A DNA stretch of 64,000 nt from Phoronis australis (taxonomy: Eukaryota > Animalia > Phoronida). Under the pieces are notes generated by a model that saw only the letters and a list, made by a program, of their open reading frames with translations, searched no databases and was not told the origin of the DNA. Shown here piece by piece: positions 52,534 to 64,000 of this stretch; within the stretch, counting starts at the first letter, position 1, and every line of letters begins with the position of its first letter. The stretch lies in contig NMRA01000766.1 in assembly GCA_002633005.1 (NCBI GenBank), forward strand, positions 1 to 64,000, written 5' to 3'. Made by a program: the position numbers and the translations under genes.

Positions 52534-53036
52534 CAACTCCCGTGAATAAAGGCGGACGCAAGTGCCCTGCTGACCCTTGCAAGACAAAACATGGGAACCA
52601 ACGCTGTAAAAACAAAGGCAGGTGTGTGGAGATAGAGACGCCTCCATTTTGGCAGTGCAAATGTCCCCAAGGTCGTCGTGGAAAGGTTTGTCAGATTATC
52701 GTCCCTGGAAAATGCGTGGGTAACAAGTGTGACTGCGACAAGCAGTGGCCTAACCACAGCACACAGTCAAGTAGAGACAGTCGTAGCGGTAAACCATCGC
52801 ATAGGGTAAAAAGACATCAAAGACATTGGCGTCGTCGCACCGTTTTAACTTCTCATCGCTGGGGCAAGATTCCCGGGTCCGACAGCAACTCTGCGGGTGT
52901 CGGTGATTGGTCTTTTTCCAGTGATAGTTCGTCCTCCGACAGTGACAGTTTTCCATTTTACCGACATCACACTGATAAGGACGACAAAGGCAAAAAAGGT
53001 GGGTACCATGTTAGAGGCAAGGAGCGGGTACCATGA
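52534..53036 (+). CDS. EGF-like domain plus Arg/His/Ser-rich tract (ends at stop 53036 or splices out at the phase-1 donor after 52998)
   Basis: CATTTAG acceptor in phase with the signal exon; CPADPCKTKHGNQRCKNKGRCVEIETPPFWQCKCPQGRRGKVC shows EGF Cys spacing; ORF 52515..53036. Confidence 0.8.
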
Positions 53037-53203
53037 TGTCAGAGGCAAGGGGTGGGTAAGATTGAATACAATGAACTTAAAAAGGAAATGCCATCTTTTC
53101 ACATCGACAAAAACACGTGTTGAGGGTAATTATTCAAAGTATCGTCATCACGGGTCAGGGCTTTTAAAGTATATTTTAAGTAAAGATTACACTCTCTTGA
53201 AAC

Positions 53204-53268
53204 CATGCGCGCACCCAGGGGGGCTCGGGGGGCTCAACCCCCCATATTGAAGGATGGGTGCGCGCATG
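53204..53268. mobile_element. 65-bp miniature inverted-repeat element with 5-bp TSD
   Basis: GAAAC|CATGCGCGCACCCA ... TGGGTGCGCGCATG|GAAAC. Confidence 0.9.
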
Positions 53269-53757
53269 GAAACCATATATTTTTGAAATTCTGCTGAGTC
53301 GACCATGTATAGAAAGCGAACGTATTATCTCTACATGACTACTTGTGTCTAAACTCACTCAGAAAGACTGACGTAACTTCCAATTAAAATGCTTGTCGCA
53401 TCAGACTATCCTAAATTTTGATGGGTTTTACTGTTAATAGCCAAGTTTTTGAGCCAAAAGCCCTCACTACAACGAACACCAGTTCGTTGGCCTGTCAGCC
53501 ATGAGAATTTCCCGTTACCGACAAAGCTCAGTCACAAAAATGTTTAGTAACAGCCTTCAAATACCCTGTTTAGCGGTGACTGGTGTTACCGGCATCATAT
53601 CCAGGAGGTGGTTTATGTCAAAAAACAATTACTGATTTATTCAGCTTTCCGTTATAAAATTGGTCTCAAATTGTTCCTTAGTCAAATTTGAGGCGACTTC
53701 AGGGCTTCGATTGAACTGTATATTGGTTAATAGTCTCGACCCTCTGTGAAATAACCT

Positions 53758-53913
53758 TTGACCTATCGCAAGCTCCGCCCCCTCACGAAAAGTTGACAAA
53801 CAAACGTGTTGTTTGTTGGGTGAAATGGCGGCTTGGAAACGAAGGTGTGCCAAGAATGTTGCGTCCTGATTGGTCAGTTGAGCCATCACTCAAAATCCCG
53901 GCGATAGGTCAGT
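53758..53913. mobile_element. MITE (TGACCTATCGC...GCGATAGGTCA), copy 2
   Basis: Homologous to 32085-32267 with an internal deletion. Confidence 0.8.
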
Positions 53914-55122
53914 TCTTCCCGAGTTTAGGGATCACTTAGTTTTTAACTAAGTATAGAACAAGATAAGAGTTATCAAGTGACTTAAATCTAAATGCTGCCT
54001 TGATTTTCATATTACTAATCGAGTTGCTTAACAAAATTGGAGCATTGTCTTAAGTAAGAAAATTTCACGATTACAACGTTTTATTATGTGACTTTCTGTT
54101 AATCAAACGCGTGAAATATACGCGTGGGAAATGACAATTATTAGAGTATCACGTAGAAGTGTAACACTTCTAAAGCAGGTATCAATTCGAAAAATGAGGT
54201 GGGGCCGGGGAGAGAGCTATAATTACTTTGTTCCGCAAGTAATTACCTTACACAGCAAATAATTTCTTTATTTACGTTTCAAATAATTATTTTACGCCTC
54301 TAACAAGAATTAACTCGCGCTCGTAATTTACGTGGGTAATGTTCAAAGAACCATTGATTAATTCCTGAGTGGCAGTTCTTCTGACACGTAAACAAGAGTT
54401 GGCAGTTTTTATTGGAAATCAAAGTTAAAATCCTACTACATGAATAAATCTTTCTCTTGGTTTTTTATTTTTTGCCAGAATCTACGATACTACCATCAAC
54501 CTCCCTGGTGAAATCACGCGGTGTACGTTATTGTTTTATAACCGGCCTCCCGCTTACTCTGCTTTGTCAGAATCAATTGTACTATAGAGTTGTGTCAATT
54601 TTTTGACGCACCGACCAGGTTTCGCTAGAAGTGACCCCCGGCTACGGAACCCGGCAGCCCCGGCAGTGCCTGCATCCTCAGTGCACAGTGCTCAGTGCCT
54701 AGGGGACGGACCAAACGGTGCCCCTTTGGAGTCCGGCCTTAGTGGAACGCCGGGTCAACAGCTCTATCCTTTTCCTTTTATTGAAATGTGAGTGATCATG
54801 CACGGCGGTCACTGAAAAACTATGATGCGACTGAAGTAGACTGCGTACGCACCTAAGCCAAATGCAGAAAGAGCGGTAGGTTTTAGTCTAACCAAGATGA
54901 ATTTGCACACATCGGGTAATATCTGTACATGGAAGTTTGTATGCTATATCGTTGTTAGTGTTCGCCGCACCACAGGGGGCTGGGGGGGGGGGGAGCTAGA
55001 GCCCCCCACTTTTTAAGTGCTGCGCCGTGTGCTGGGCGGTGTACCACAGGGGGGCTGGGGGCTACAGCCTCCCCACTTTTTTCGTCTGCGCCGCCCTTGA
55101 AACGGCACTTTGTAATGAGAAT

Positions 55123-55746
55123 CCACTTTAATTGTTTGCTCCCGTCAATGATTAAGATCCCCATGAGCGCGGCCAACACTCCATAATATAACCAAAAAAA
55201 TTTCGAATAAGTGTGAGAATTCTGTTAAACTGTTGGGTATGCACATACTGTAAATTAAACTTCCATGAACTTGTGGACAACCTCTATGCCAAAACAGTAA
55301 TATATGTGTCTACCTTCTTCCGTCTGCGTCACTTATTGGATACAGACAGTCACTAAGTTGAAGAATAATTATGCATTTATTCGGTCATATTTTAATTATT
55401 GTCCTCTTGTTTGGCACTTATGGGGTGTTCAGNCCACTCAGTTAATTGTTTGCTCCCGTCAATGATTAAGATCCCCATGAGCGCGGCCAACACTCCATAA
55501 TATAACCAAAAAAAGTTCGAATAAGTGTGAGAATTCTGTTAAACTGTTGGGTATGCACATACTGTAAATTAAACTTCCATGAACTTGTGGACAACCTCTA
55601 TGCCAAAACAGTAATATATGTGTCTACCTTCTTCCGTCTGCGTCACTTATTGGATACAGACAGTCACTAAGTTGAAGAATAATTATGCATTTAGTCGGTC
55701 ATATTTTAATTATTGTCCTCTTGTTTGGCACTTATGGGGTGTTCAG
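55123..55746. repeat. ~310-bp near-identical tandem duplication across an N (55433); probable assembly/haplotype artefact
   Basis: 55123-55432 matches 55434-55746 with only a few differences. Confidence 0.85.
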
Positions 55747-56969
55747 AAAGCCCGAAAAATCGGGAAAAGATTCAATATTGGGCCTTTGTTACCACAGTCG
55801 ACAGTCGGTATTTTTTGTTCAAAGGCTACAATGTCTTGGGGTGACTGTTTTCAGCATATAAATCAGATAGGCCCTGGCTTGCCCTTTCCAGTGTTTTGCT
55901 CTCCAGGCAGTCGTCTTCCATAGGTACGGGGGAAAAACACTCTGTGTGTTGCCGGCAAGGTTCGCCACGACATCCTATGGGCTTAAATCAACTACCGGGG
56001 TATCTTTATGGAACCGTAAAAGCTTGAACGTAAGATGTTGCCAATTAAGTTATTAATGAATTAAGTCGCCATTTACGCCAAGCTTGTGAATGCCAACAGT
56101 GCCTCCGCTGTCAAATACTGTCCAAGTTTTGATGCTTGTAGTCGTTTCAGTCAACTTTCTGTACATAGCCCTTAATTCTACCTCTCTTGTACATTTTAAC
56201 TTCTCATTTCACTCGGACTGCCACGCGGCCCGATTTGATCGTGACTTTATGCCAGCCAGAGAAAAGAGCGGAACACGGGAACTGTAAGTTATGGGACTAT
56301 TAGCCTCCAGATTTAACCGGCGCTGTCCAGCGCCTTCTCGGAGCCGAAACCATGCAATCAGTACGGCCGAAGTTGTGATGACTATGAATCCATGAAGTTC
56401 AGACTGTCGGCCCAGAGGCCGCGTTCCCCCGCATAGGCTATATTTTTAATGATCAAATCCTATTATCAATGCAACATTTGCTTGACCACATGTTAAAAAT
56501 CGTCTGTTCAACTGTTATTTCTGACGGGCGATCAAAGTCACGATCCGTGACAGTCCGCCACTGGCATTTTTTGGCATGTCGGAAGGGCGGTTGACAAAAA
56601 ATTAATACAAGAAAACTACAATTTTGTCATTGATTCAGTGGTATTTTATCTATTATACACAGGAAACTGTTTCAATGATTGTTTGGTATTCTTCATATAT
56701 CAATCGAAACGTAAATCGGACTGAGCCATTCGCCGACGTAATGGCGGGGATGTGGCGCAACTATGAGCCGGTTTTCGAGCAAGCATCCACAGGCAGGCGA
56801 GAAATTATGGTAACCAAATGTACGCACGATATACGAACTGTAGTAGTAATATTAGGTCCTGTTTTCTAGTTTAACAGTGCATTAAGTTGCCTTTGAAACA
56901 CTGAAGCCGTTAAAAACGTAGGACTTAAGAATTACTGGGGATCCAAAAACTGAACCGTGGACACGAAAA

Positions 56970-57501
56970 CTTAGGGAGGCCTACTAGTACGCAACGTCGG
57001 CTAGAAAATAAATGATAACTCTGTGTAAAAGTGTTATGGCGGTAAGCTTGAGTGTTGAAGTGACATGACAGACCACAGGCACCTTTAATCAGCCCTCAAA
57101 TGAAGAGAAAGTTCTCTTTATTATAGTGTATCGTCGAGGGCTAGTAAAGGTGCCTGTGTGACAGGTATCTGTGAAGTTCAGCCTTATTATTCACGTTCTT
57201 TAAATANAGTGGACAAAGGGGGAATTGGCCAACATTCACCATTCTGCCGAAAGCTTAGGTAGGCCTACTAGTACGCAACGTCGGCTAGAAAATAAATGAT
57301 AACTCTGTGTAAAAGTGTTATGGCGGTAAGCTTGAGTGTTTCGTGACATGACAGACCACAGGCACCTTTAATCAGCCCTCAAATGAAGAGAAAGTTCTCT
57401 TTATTATAGTGTATCGTCGAGGGCTAGTAAAGGTGCCTGTGTGACAGGTAGACTATCAACAATCTGTGAAGTTCAGCCTTATTATTCACGTTCTTTAAAT
57501 A
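56970..57501. repeat. ~240-bp near-identical duplication across an N (57207); probable assembly/haplotype artefact; each copy contains an ~85-bp hairpin/MITE
   Basis: 56970-57206 matches 57254-57501; internal CACAGGCACCTTTA...TAAAGGTGCCTGTG inverted repeat. Confidence 0.85.
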
Positions 57502-58733
57502 CACTCCATCAATAACAGTGCAGACAGAGATTGTGACTGTCGTGTCGGCGCCGCTAATCAAAACATGCGTGTTTACTGGTGTTAGATGAACATAAAAAGC
57601 TGGATCTTCGAGGCACCAAAGACCAACTGCTTAGTGTTTCCCAACTAAACAGCCAGTAGGCCTACCACTGTCGGAACTTAGACACGTAACCCGTCTGTAA
57701 ATAATAATTTACAGTCGGAACTGGGCTAGCCCAGCTGGCATAGGAAACAACGTCATCCAGAGCCCAGCCCAGGTCTGTTTACTCGGAAGCAACTAGAAGT
57801 TATTTTTGGCATTTTCTTCGGCTATTCTACTTTTGTGGGAACTCAACTTAAGTGTCTATTTAGACTGAGTAGACTATATATATAGGCCTGATGACTTGGT
57901 GAACATAAACCTGCACTAAGCTTGATCCTAATTTGCATTTGATGACCCCAGCATTAAGGCTAAAAGTTTGAACTTGAAATTTTGATTTTTTTATTCGAAA
58001 TCTTGATCTCTTTTACACAAATCTTGAGTTTACTTGAGTTTGTTGCTCGAATCTAGGACTCATCAAGTGCGAACTTGGACTAGAAACTCATGCGCAAACT
58101 GTAATGTATCCAAGCACTGAGTTAGCACCCAATTAGAATGGAAAGCCAGTACCAAAACTTATTTTGATTTTGAGTTGAAAGATTATACCCCGGCCCTTGA
58201 TCTGACTTGGTGAAAATGAAATCGCCAAATCAAATGACTAAATCAAGGTTTAGATTATCTTTTTAAGGGTTTATGGTTTAGTTTTAAAACTAAACTTCAT
58301 TATTTTCTAATAACGATTGAGGGGAGTTTTAAGAATTTTATTTGACCCATTGTTGTTTATATTACTCCATCATTAATAGAACCATATTTTTCTTGCTTAC
58401 ATAATGACACAGTGTGTGTATAAAAACTGATATCAAACTACTTATGTATTTATATGGCTAAGTGTGTATATTAATTAGTGTTTTTGTCATTGTTTATATA
58501 ATATTTCATTTGTAAAGTTTACCTGTTGTTCAGTTGTAATGTTACTTCCATTTCTAGGCAGTTCAAATGTCATTCATTGCACTCATGACACAGCATAGCA
58601 GTTTAATAACCTCAAAACAATTGCATTACAACTAACTCCCTCAGTAGGTTTGGCATACAAGAAATCTAGAGAACCATAAAATGCATGATTAAGTCTGTGA
58701 CCAGCTGACTACAGAAGTACTATTTCATTCTAG

Positions 58734-58825
58734 GATGTGCCCAGGGCTGTTGGGTGTGTCATAACAAGCAGTCGTGGGATGAATGCTATGAAGATGGAGA
58801 ATGGACCCAGTGTAACATGCAACAA
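58734..58825 (+). CDS. Cys-rich three-finger/LU-like domain, first half
   Basis: TTCTAG acceptor, GCAQGCWVCHNKQSWDECYEDGEWTQCNMQQ, GTGAGT donor; phase 1 in, phase 0 out. Confidence 0.8.
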
Positions 58826-59324
58826 GTGAGTGGTGTCGTATCAGGTGTGTTAGGGGATGAATAACTTTACGGAAAAAATTCCATTGCGCTAAAATTTCCA
58901 CAATTGGCGAGCATTCACACAACTTGTCACGTTCCCCAATTTCAAATTTTATAAGCGCCGCTGGCACCTATATACATTACAAATCTTCAAATATATTTTG
59001 GTTGAAAAAAAGTGATTCTAGAAAACTCAACTTTGGTGAAAAATTGAAATTACCCTTGCTGAAAAACTCAAAACATGACCATAAAATGCAGAATATTTAC
59101 TCTGAAAACCTTTTGGTTTATTGAAAGTTATACATGGTGTGTCAACTGCTGGTATCAACAAAAAAACAAGTATAGAAGTAGAAAATATTGTAGTTAAAAT
59201 GAAATTAACCTGGGATATGTATTTGTAATTAGTATTAAAAATAGTTGCTTTCCACTTTAACCCTAGCACCTCTTGAAAATTGAATGGCTTACAAGCATTT
59301 CTCGAACAAGTTTTGTTTTTGTAG

Positions 59325-59505
59325 CCCATGTGTGAGGCCGAGGTTCACAAGAACACGTATGGCAGAGTTGTCCAAGTGTCCTCTCGATGTAAAGAAAAAC
59401 AAGTATGTCACCGCCATGGACAAGACAGGGGTCACATCTGTGTCCGGCAGAAGTCGATGGCCAACGCCATCTGTAGGAATTGCACTGAGACTTCCACCTG
59501 TCAAG
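59325..59505 (+). CDS. Cys-rich three-finger/LU-like domain, second half
   Basis: TTTGTAG acceptor, PMCEAEVHKNTYGRVVQVSSRCKEKQVCHRHGQDRGHICVRQKSMANAICRNCTETSTCQ, G|GTAAAC donor; phases compatible with both neighbours. Confidence 0.85.
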
Positions 59506-60628
59506 GTAAACTTTTATCAGTTAAATCACATGCGATTCTATACAGCATGCATCAAGTCCATCTGGAGTTTACCCAAGGAACCTTTGTATTCACTAATCTT
59601 GTCTAACCTAAGAACAAGGTTCTGTTGATTTTGATGCGTGTTAAATAACCGGGGATTCATTTAAGGAAAGTGACTTAAGACAGAAGTTTGTATTACCCTC
59701 CCACTTCAACCCTGGTTGATTCAGTGGTTGGTTGTTTTTGAGATTGCGAATCAATTTATTTGGGCATTTTATGACTTAAAAGGGATTTTCTTAATAGTTA
59801 TTACCAAGATTTTCCATAGGTAAGCCCACCCAATGAAACATCCGTAAGCGTTTATTCGGAAAATTATGCAGAAAAAACGCCCATGGTGTTACAACTTCTG
59901 GTGTCAAGTGTCCAGATAGTGAAGCGTTTATTCGGAAAATTTCCTCTTGAAAGCCCACTCAGCGTCATTTTTCAACCACAAATTTGGTTTTGTGGAGCAT
60001 TTATCATTTAATATGAAAATGAACAAAGTGTTGGCGAACTATGTATTTATTTACTTAAAATTAAAAAGATCGCAGAAAAATTTGTTCAGAAAGATTTTAA
60101 GTTTTACTTTAGTGCCACTTCGTCCTGATTTGAGTATGTGCTCTTTTTACTAATATTGCATGGCACTGCATTCTTTCAGTCAGTGTTTTGCTGTTCGAAT
60201 GTGTACCTACCTATCTACAAAAATGACTTAGACTAGGTTTCCATGAGTGGTGAAAACATAACAGCCTGAGAAATGAGCAGTCTACGATGGGGCCATTTTT
60301 GCCAGCAGTCAGTTTATTTCCTGGCCACCTGAATCACTTTTAATTAGAAATTGATGTCAAAACACTGTCTGCCACTTATTGATTAATGCGCTGAAAAGCA
60401 ATAGCCTGTTACCCCTGCATAATAACACTATCAATTTTGAAATAACTCCAACGACCAGCGAAGTACTAGTAAAAGTGACACTTGTAACCATTCACTTGAC
60501 TGGCATTTTAGTTACAGAAATTGATCTTGTGTGTGTTGAATTTGTACCAAACCTCAGCAAAACATCGAGTTCTAAAGCATAGCTTGATGTTTTGCACCCT
60601 TTAATACATTGATTATGCTCTTTTGCAG

Positions 60629-60829
60629 ATCCATACAAAGGCAAAGTTCCAAATCCATTCAAAGTACGATGTAGGCCCTACAGTCCCTGCCAGTACAAGG
60701 GTCGCTACGCCAGGTGTAAGAATCGTGGCAAATGCATATACATTCCCGTGCCTCCATTTTGGTCATGTGATTGCTCTGGTACCGGCTATACAGGATACAG
60801 GTGTGAAAAACCAGACAGACCAAACCCTT
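60629..60829 (+). CDS. EGF-like domain exon
   Basis: DPYKGKVPNPFKVRCRPYSPCQYKGRYARCKNRGKCIYIPVPPFWSCDCSGTGYTGYRCEKPDRPNP; phase 1-1; canonical splice sites. Confidence 0.9.
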
Positions 60830-61279
60830 GTAAGTTGAGTTGTGATTGTGAAGCCAACAGTCAAATCAAATACACTTGATTTGTAATCATTTTTGTTGTC
60901 ATCAAAACTCGGTATAGATAAAATGCGAATGAATGTCCATCATTTAATATTATTATATCTGAAAGCAACTGTCTTTAATAATGCATAGGGTTCATTTGTC
61001 CATGGTTGGGTAAGGCCTACTTATCTAATAAATGTTTTCAATCATTTTGTTTGAAGGATTTTTGTCAAACTGATGAAGATGTAGATTAGTGTGTGACATT
61101 TGCGATAATGTCTGCTGTGCTTCGATGAATTGAGGGTGTATATGTGTGATCTTTGTGATATTCACCTCAGTTTCACTTCTTACAAACGTTACTGCTTTTT
61201 ATGATGTAGATGGGCTCTGTGATACATCAGGGGCATCAGCAGATATCACATTTTATTTTCTTGTTTTTTTGATTTGTAG

Positions 61280-61361
61280 GTGATGTTAAGCGTGTCGATG
61301 GAGGGTGGTCGTCATGGGGATCATGGACTGAGTGTGTGGTGGGTAATTTCGATGGATGTGG
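61280..61361 (+). CDS. Thrombospondin type-1 repeat, N-terminal half
   Basis: CDVKRVDGGWSSWGSWTECVVGNFDGCG; WxxWxxW motif; GG|GTGAGT phase-2 donor. Confidence 0.92.
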
Positions 61362-62271
61362 GTGAGTAATGCTGTATTGAGAAATTGTTGGGGAAACGTG
61401 TCCTTTAAGTAGTACGGTAAAGTGTCACGCATTCAGGACACAATATGGCGGACAGGTGAAATGGTATTTTTTCATTTTCTTTCATACATGTTACACGGTA
61501 TCCGAACAATGGTTTCCCACACTCAAGTTCTGTTACCATAGCTACCAACAGACAATATTTTGAGATTTTGTTGACATTCGTAACAACATTAGAGGCCCTT
61601 GAAAAAATGAAAATGAAAATAATGCAGTTGTGTCGATTATTTTTGTCCGAAATTGGTGAGATTTTATCGTGACATTTAGAAACATGTTTTGTGTTGTCGA
61701 AAGTGTGTGTGGCCTTCATTGCTTGGGGGTAGAGGGCAAGTTATGGATTTCCACTTAGGCCAATAATAGCGTAATTTGTTTTGGTGTATGGTCAAATTAT
61801 TTTGAAACCCAAGTCTTAAAGCTGGCAACAGGTGGCATTGGGTAAAAAAGAAGACTCCTGACCCATCTCTGGTGGCATAATGTGACTTTGTCTTTATATG
61901 GACAAGTAAAAATAATGCATTACCACATTTCCAAAAAATAGACCACAACCAGTTGGTGCCAGAAACATGTTTATCTTGCCTGGAATTTTCACACTTTTGT
62001 CTGAATCTTGGGACAACTTATTTCTTTTTGTTGAGTTGGATTATGATTTGATATGCAAAATAGTTGACTTGTCTCATAATTGATTTGGGTTGTTGGTGTA
62101 CTATTTGTTTATTTGTGTACTATTTATTGTTATCAAAATACTGACCAGATAGTGCTGGACATACATGTATAGATATTAGTTAAACTTGTGTCTTTGAGGC
62201 TATAGAATTTTACACATTGCAGAGATCAGACGAGTTGTTTTTTACTCACGTTATATGCCGATTTTAGCTCG

Positions 62272-62435
62272 TAATATCTACATATATTATTATAATATCT
62301 ACATATATTATTATAATATCTACATATATTATAATAATATCTACATATATTATAATAATATCTACATATATTATAATATCTACATATATTATTATAATAT
62401 CTACATATATTATAATAATATCTACATATATTATA
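62272..62435. repeat. AT-rich ~21-bp minisatellite (ATATCTACATATATTATTATA), ~8 copies
   Basis: Direct periodicity; generates the spurious IYIYYYN and VDIIIIY ORFs. Confidence 0.95.
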
Positions 62436-62477
62436 TGTGTGTGTGTTTGTGTCATTAAACGATTATTCTGTTTCAAG

Positions 62478-62587
62478 TGTGGGAAAGAAATATCGCTACC
62501 GAACCTGTACAAATCCACCGCCGACGTATAATGGCAAAGATTGTAGGGGCAGAGATTGTGATATTGAGGAGTGTGATGTGGACTGCA
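62478..62587 (+). CDS. Thrombospondin type-1 repeat, C-terminal half
   Basis: GVGKKYRYRTCTNPPPTYNGKDCRGRDCDIEECDVDC; R.R.C.NP.P...G..C.G motif; phase 2 in, phase 1 out. Confidence 0.92.
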
Positions 62588-62836
62588 GTACGTATCTTAC
62601 GAATGAGTCTTTAATATCGAGGAGTGAAATTGAGATTTCATTGCAATAAATTAATAGTAATACTGGCACTTTGAAGGCTACCTAGTGGCCATTTTATTAT
62701 TTTCGAGTCTGTTTTTTACCATTCACCTCTATCCTCCAACACACTTGAAACATCATTATAAATTAGTATGCATGTTTCTTCTGAGAATGTCAGGGATGCC
62801 GTTGTTGTTTGGACAGGTCTGATCCGACTGCTGTGA

Positions 62837-62958
62837 TGCCCCCTAGTGGCAAACTGCTCATAGGATCATTATGAAAATTGGCAGATGTGATCCTACTGAT
62901 AAGAGCATGACCGATGCTACTTTTCAGACGGTTCAATTACTGTGACACCCCCTAGTGG
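62837..62958 (-). promoter_or_regulatory. Tandem CTCF-like motifs
   Basis: TGCCCCCTAGTGG (62837-62849; reverse complement CCACTAGGGGGCA) and CACCCCCTAGTGG (62946-62958). Confidence 0.45.
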
Positions 62959-63688
62959 TATTTTTTACATTTGCTGCTGTATGTACTTAACTTTATGGAG
63001 AATCTTTGGTTAGTTTATTCTTATGAACTTTGCAGCAGATGGCAAATCTTTTGGATGGATCCTGCTACCACTGCGGCAATTTTGATTTTTTAGTAGAATT
63101 TATTTAAAATTTGGTAAACAAGTTTCTATTAGGGATATGATGACGCCTTCCCACTTTTGTACGATTTTGACATATTCTTCACCATTTTTATGATACTAAC
63201 AAACACCCCTTGAACCATACCATTTACTGCGCAGACGTAACAACTGATTCCAATGCATTGCATTGCTCTTGTATCAAATGTTGTCAGCTCATTTGTAATT
63301 AAGGTGGTGGTATTTTGAAACAATTCAGTGTTTTACGAAGTGAGCTTTCAATTTGAATGTGAACTATGATCAGGGATATGTCAGCAACCGTGTCTTGCTC
63401 TTTAAAACATAAAATGCGTTGTTGCCTTTGCGATAATTGGCTTACAAACATCATAGCAAGGGCTCGGCTCTTTGGAAGCCATGAATTACTTGACCGTAAT
63501 CAGAATTGGACTGCAAGACACAAGTGGTTTTTGTTACTTGTTTAGTTCATGGATGTGGAAATTTATTTAGCCAGGGGTGCAAATTGTTAGGATGCTTGTT
63601 AAACAAAAATTTTTTTACTGTCATTCAGTGGTTCATCATGAACTGAAGTATTTGTTGTCACAATAATTTTTGATTGGTGTTATTTCAG

Positions 63689-63814
63689 GTGGCAAGCCTT
63701 GTAGGTACGGCGGTCTGAAATGTACGGTCGACAACTCCCATTGCGTGGTCACACCATTCAGACGTCGTTGCGTTTGTGATAGAGGATATGTCAAGTTCCG
63801 AGGTCTATGCGTTC
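63689..63814 (+). CDS. EB/EGF-like module exon; gene continues beyond the window
   Basis: SGKPCRYGGLKCTVDNSHCVVTPFRRRCVCDRGYVKFRGLCV; TTTCAG acceptor, C|GTAAGT donor, phase 1-1. Confidence 0.88.
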
Positions 63815-64000
63815 GTAAGTTTACCTCATTACTCTTTTTCAAAAATAATTCCGCACAGTCCAGTGTGGTCCTTGTTCTGCAAGTAGCTCACTAAACTTGT
63901 TGTGAGAAGTCATTTCAGCAAATGGCTAATATCAGAAACACAAAATCACAAACTGTGTTGCAACATTAATGTATGTACCTCACCCATAGCGAAGCCATTT

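Noticed and set aside
54479-54523. Additional coding exon of the EGF/TSP1 gene after a strong acceptor at 54478
   Set aside because: No strong donor gives phases clearly compatible with both neighbouring exons; left unannotated pending RNA data
62255-62518. Tyr/Ile-rich repetitive proteins
   Set aside because: Translation of an intronic AT-rich minisatellite

Overview
AT-rich eukaryotic DNA from an animal, probably a bilaterian invertebrate (GT-AG introns, CTCF-like motifs, MITEs, tRNA-derived SINEs, a Penelope relic); the species cannot be determined from sequence alone. Most ORFs in the supplied track are spurious because the real genes are spliced. The window has four parts. (i) 1-12 kb is a repeat mosaic: a 26-bp CCAAT-box minisatellite, degenerate ~1-kb duplications, a ~60-bp satellite, a decayed coding-like tract, and a ~1.85-kb palindrome with a duplicated hairpin at its centre. 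(ii) 12-16.6 kb carries minus-strand splice signals suggesting a spliced, probably non-coding transcript that runs toward the palindrome. (iii) 21.0-41.8 kb is a complete 7-coding-exon TspanC8 tetraspanin (TSPAN33-like, 275 aa) with a probable ~5.4-kb 3'UTR; its introns hold MITEs, SINEs, a Penelope GIY-YIG relic and an inverted-repeat element combining hammerhead-like arms with a tRNA-derived core. (iv) 49.4-64 kb holds exons of a secreted Cys-rich modular protein (signal peptide, EGF, three-finger/LU-like, EGF, TSP1, EB/EGF-like) that continues past the window. Two near-identical duplications beside single Ns are probably assembly artefacts. All alignments and translations were done by eye.
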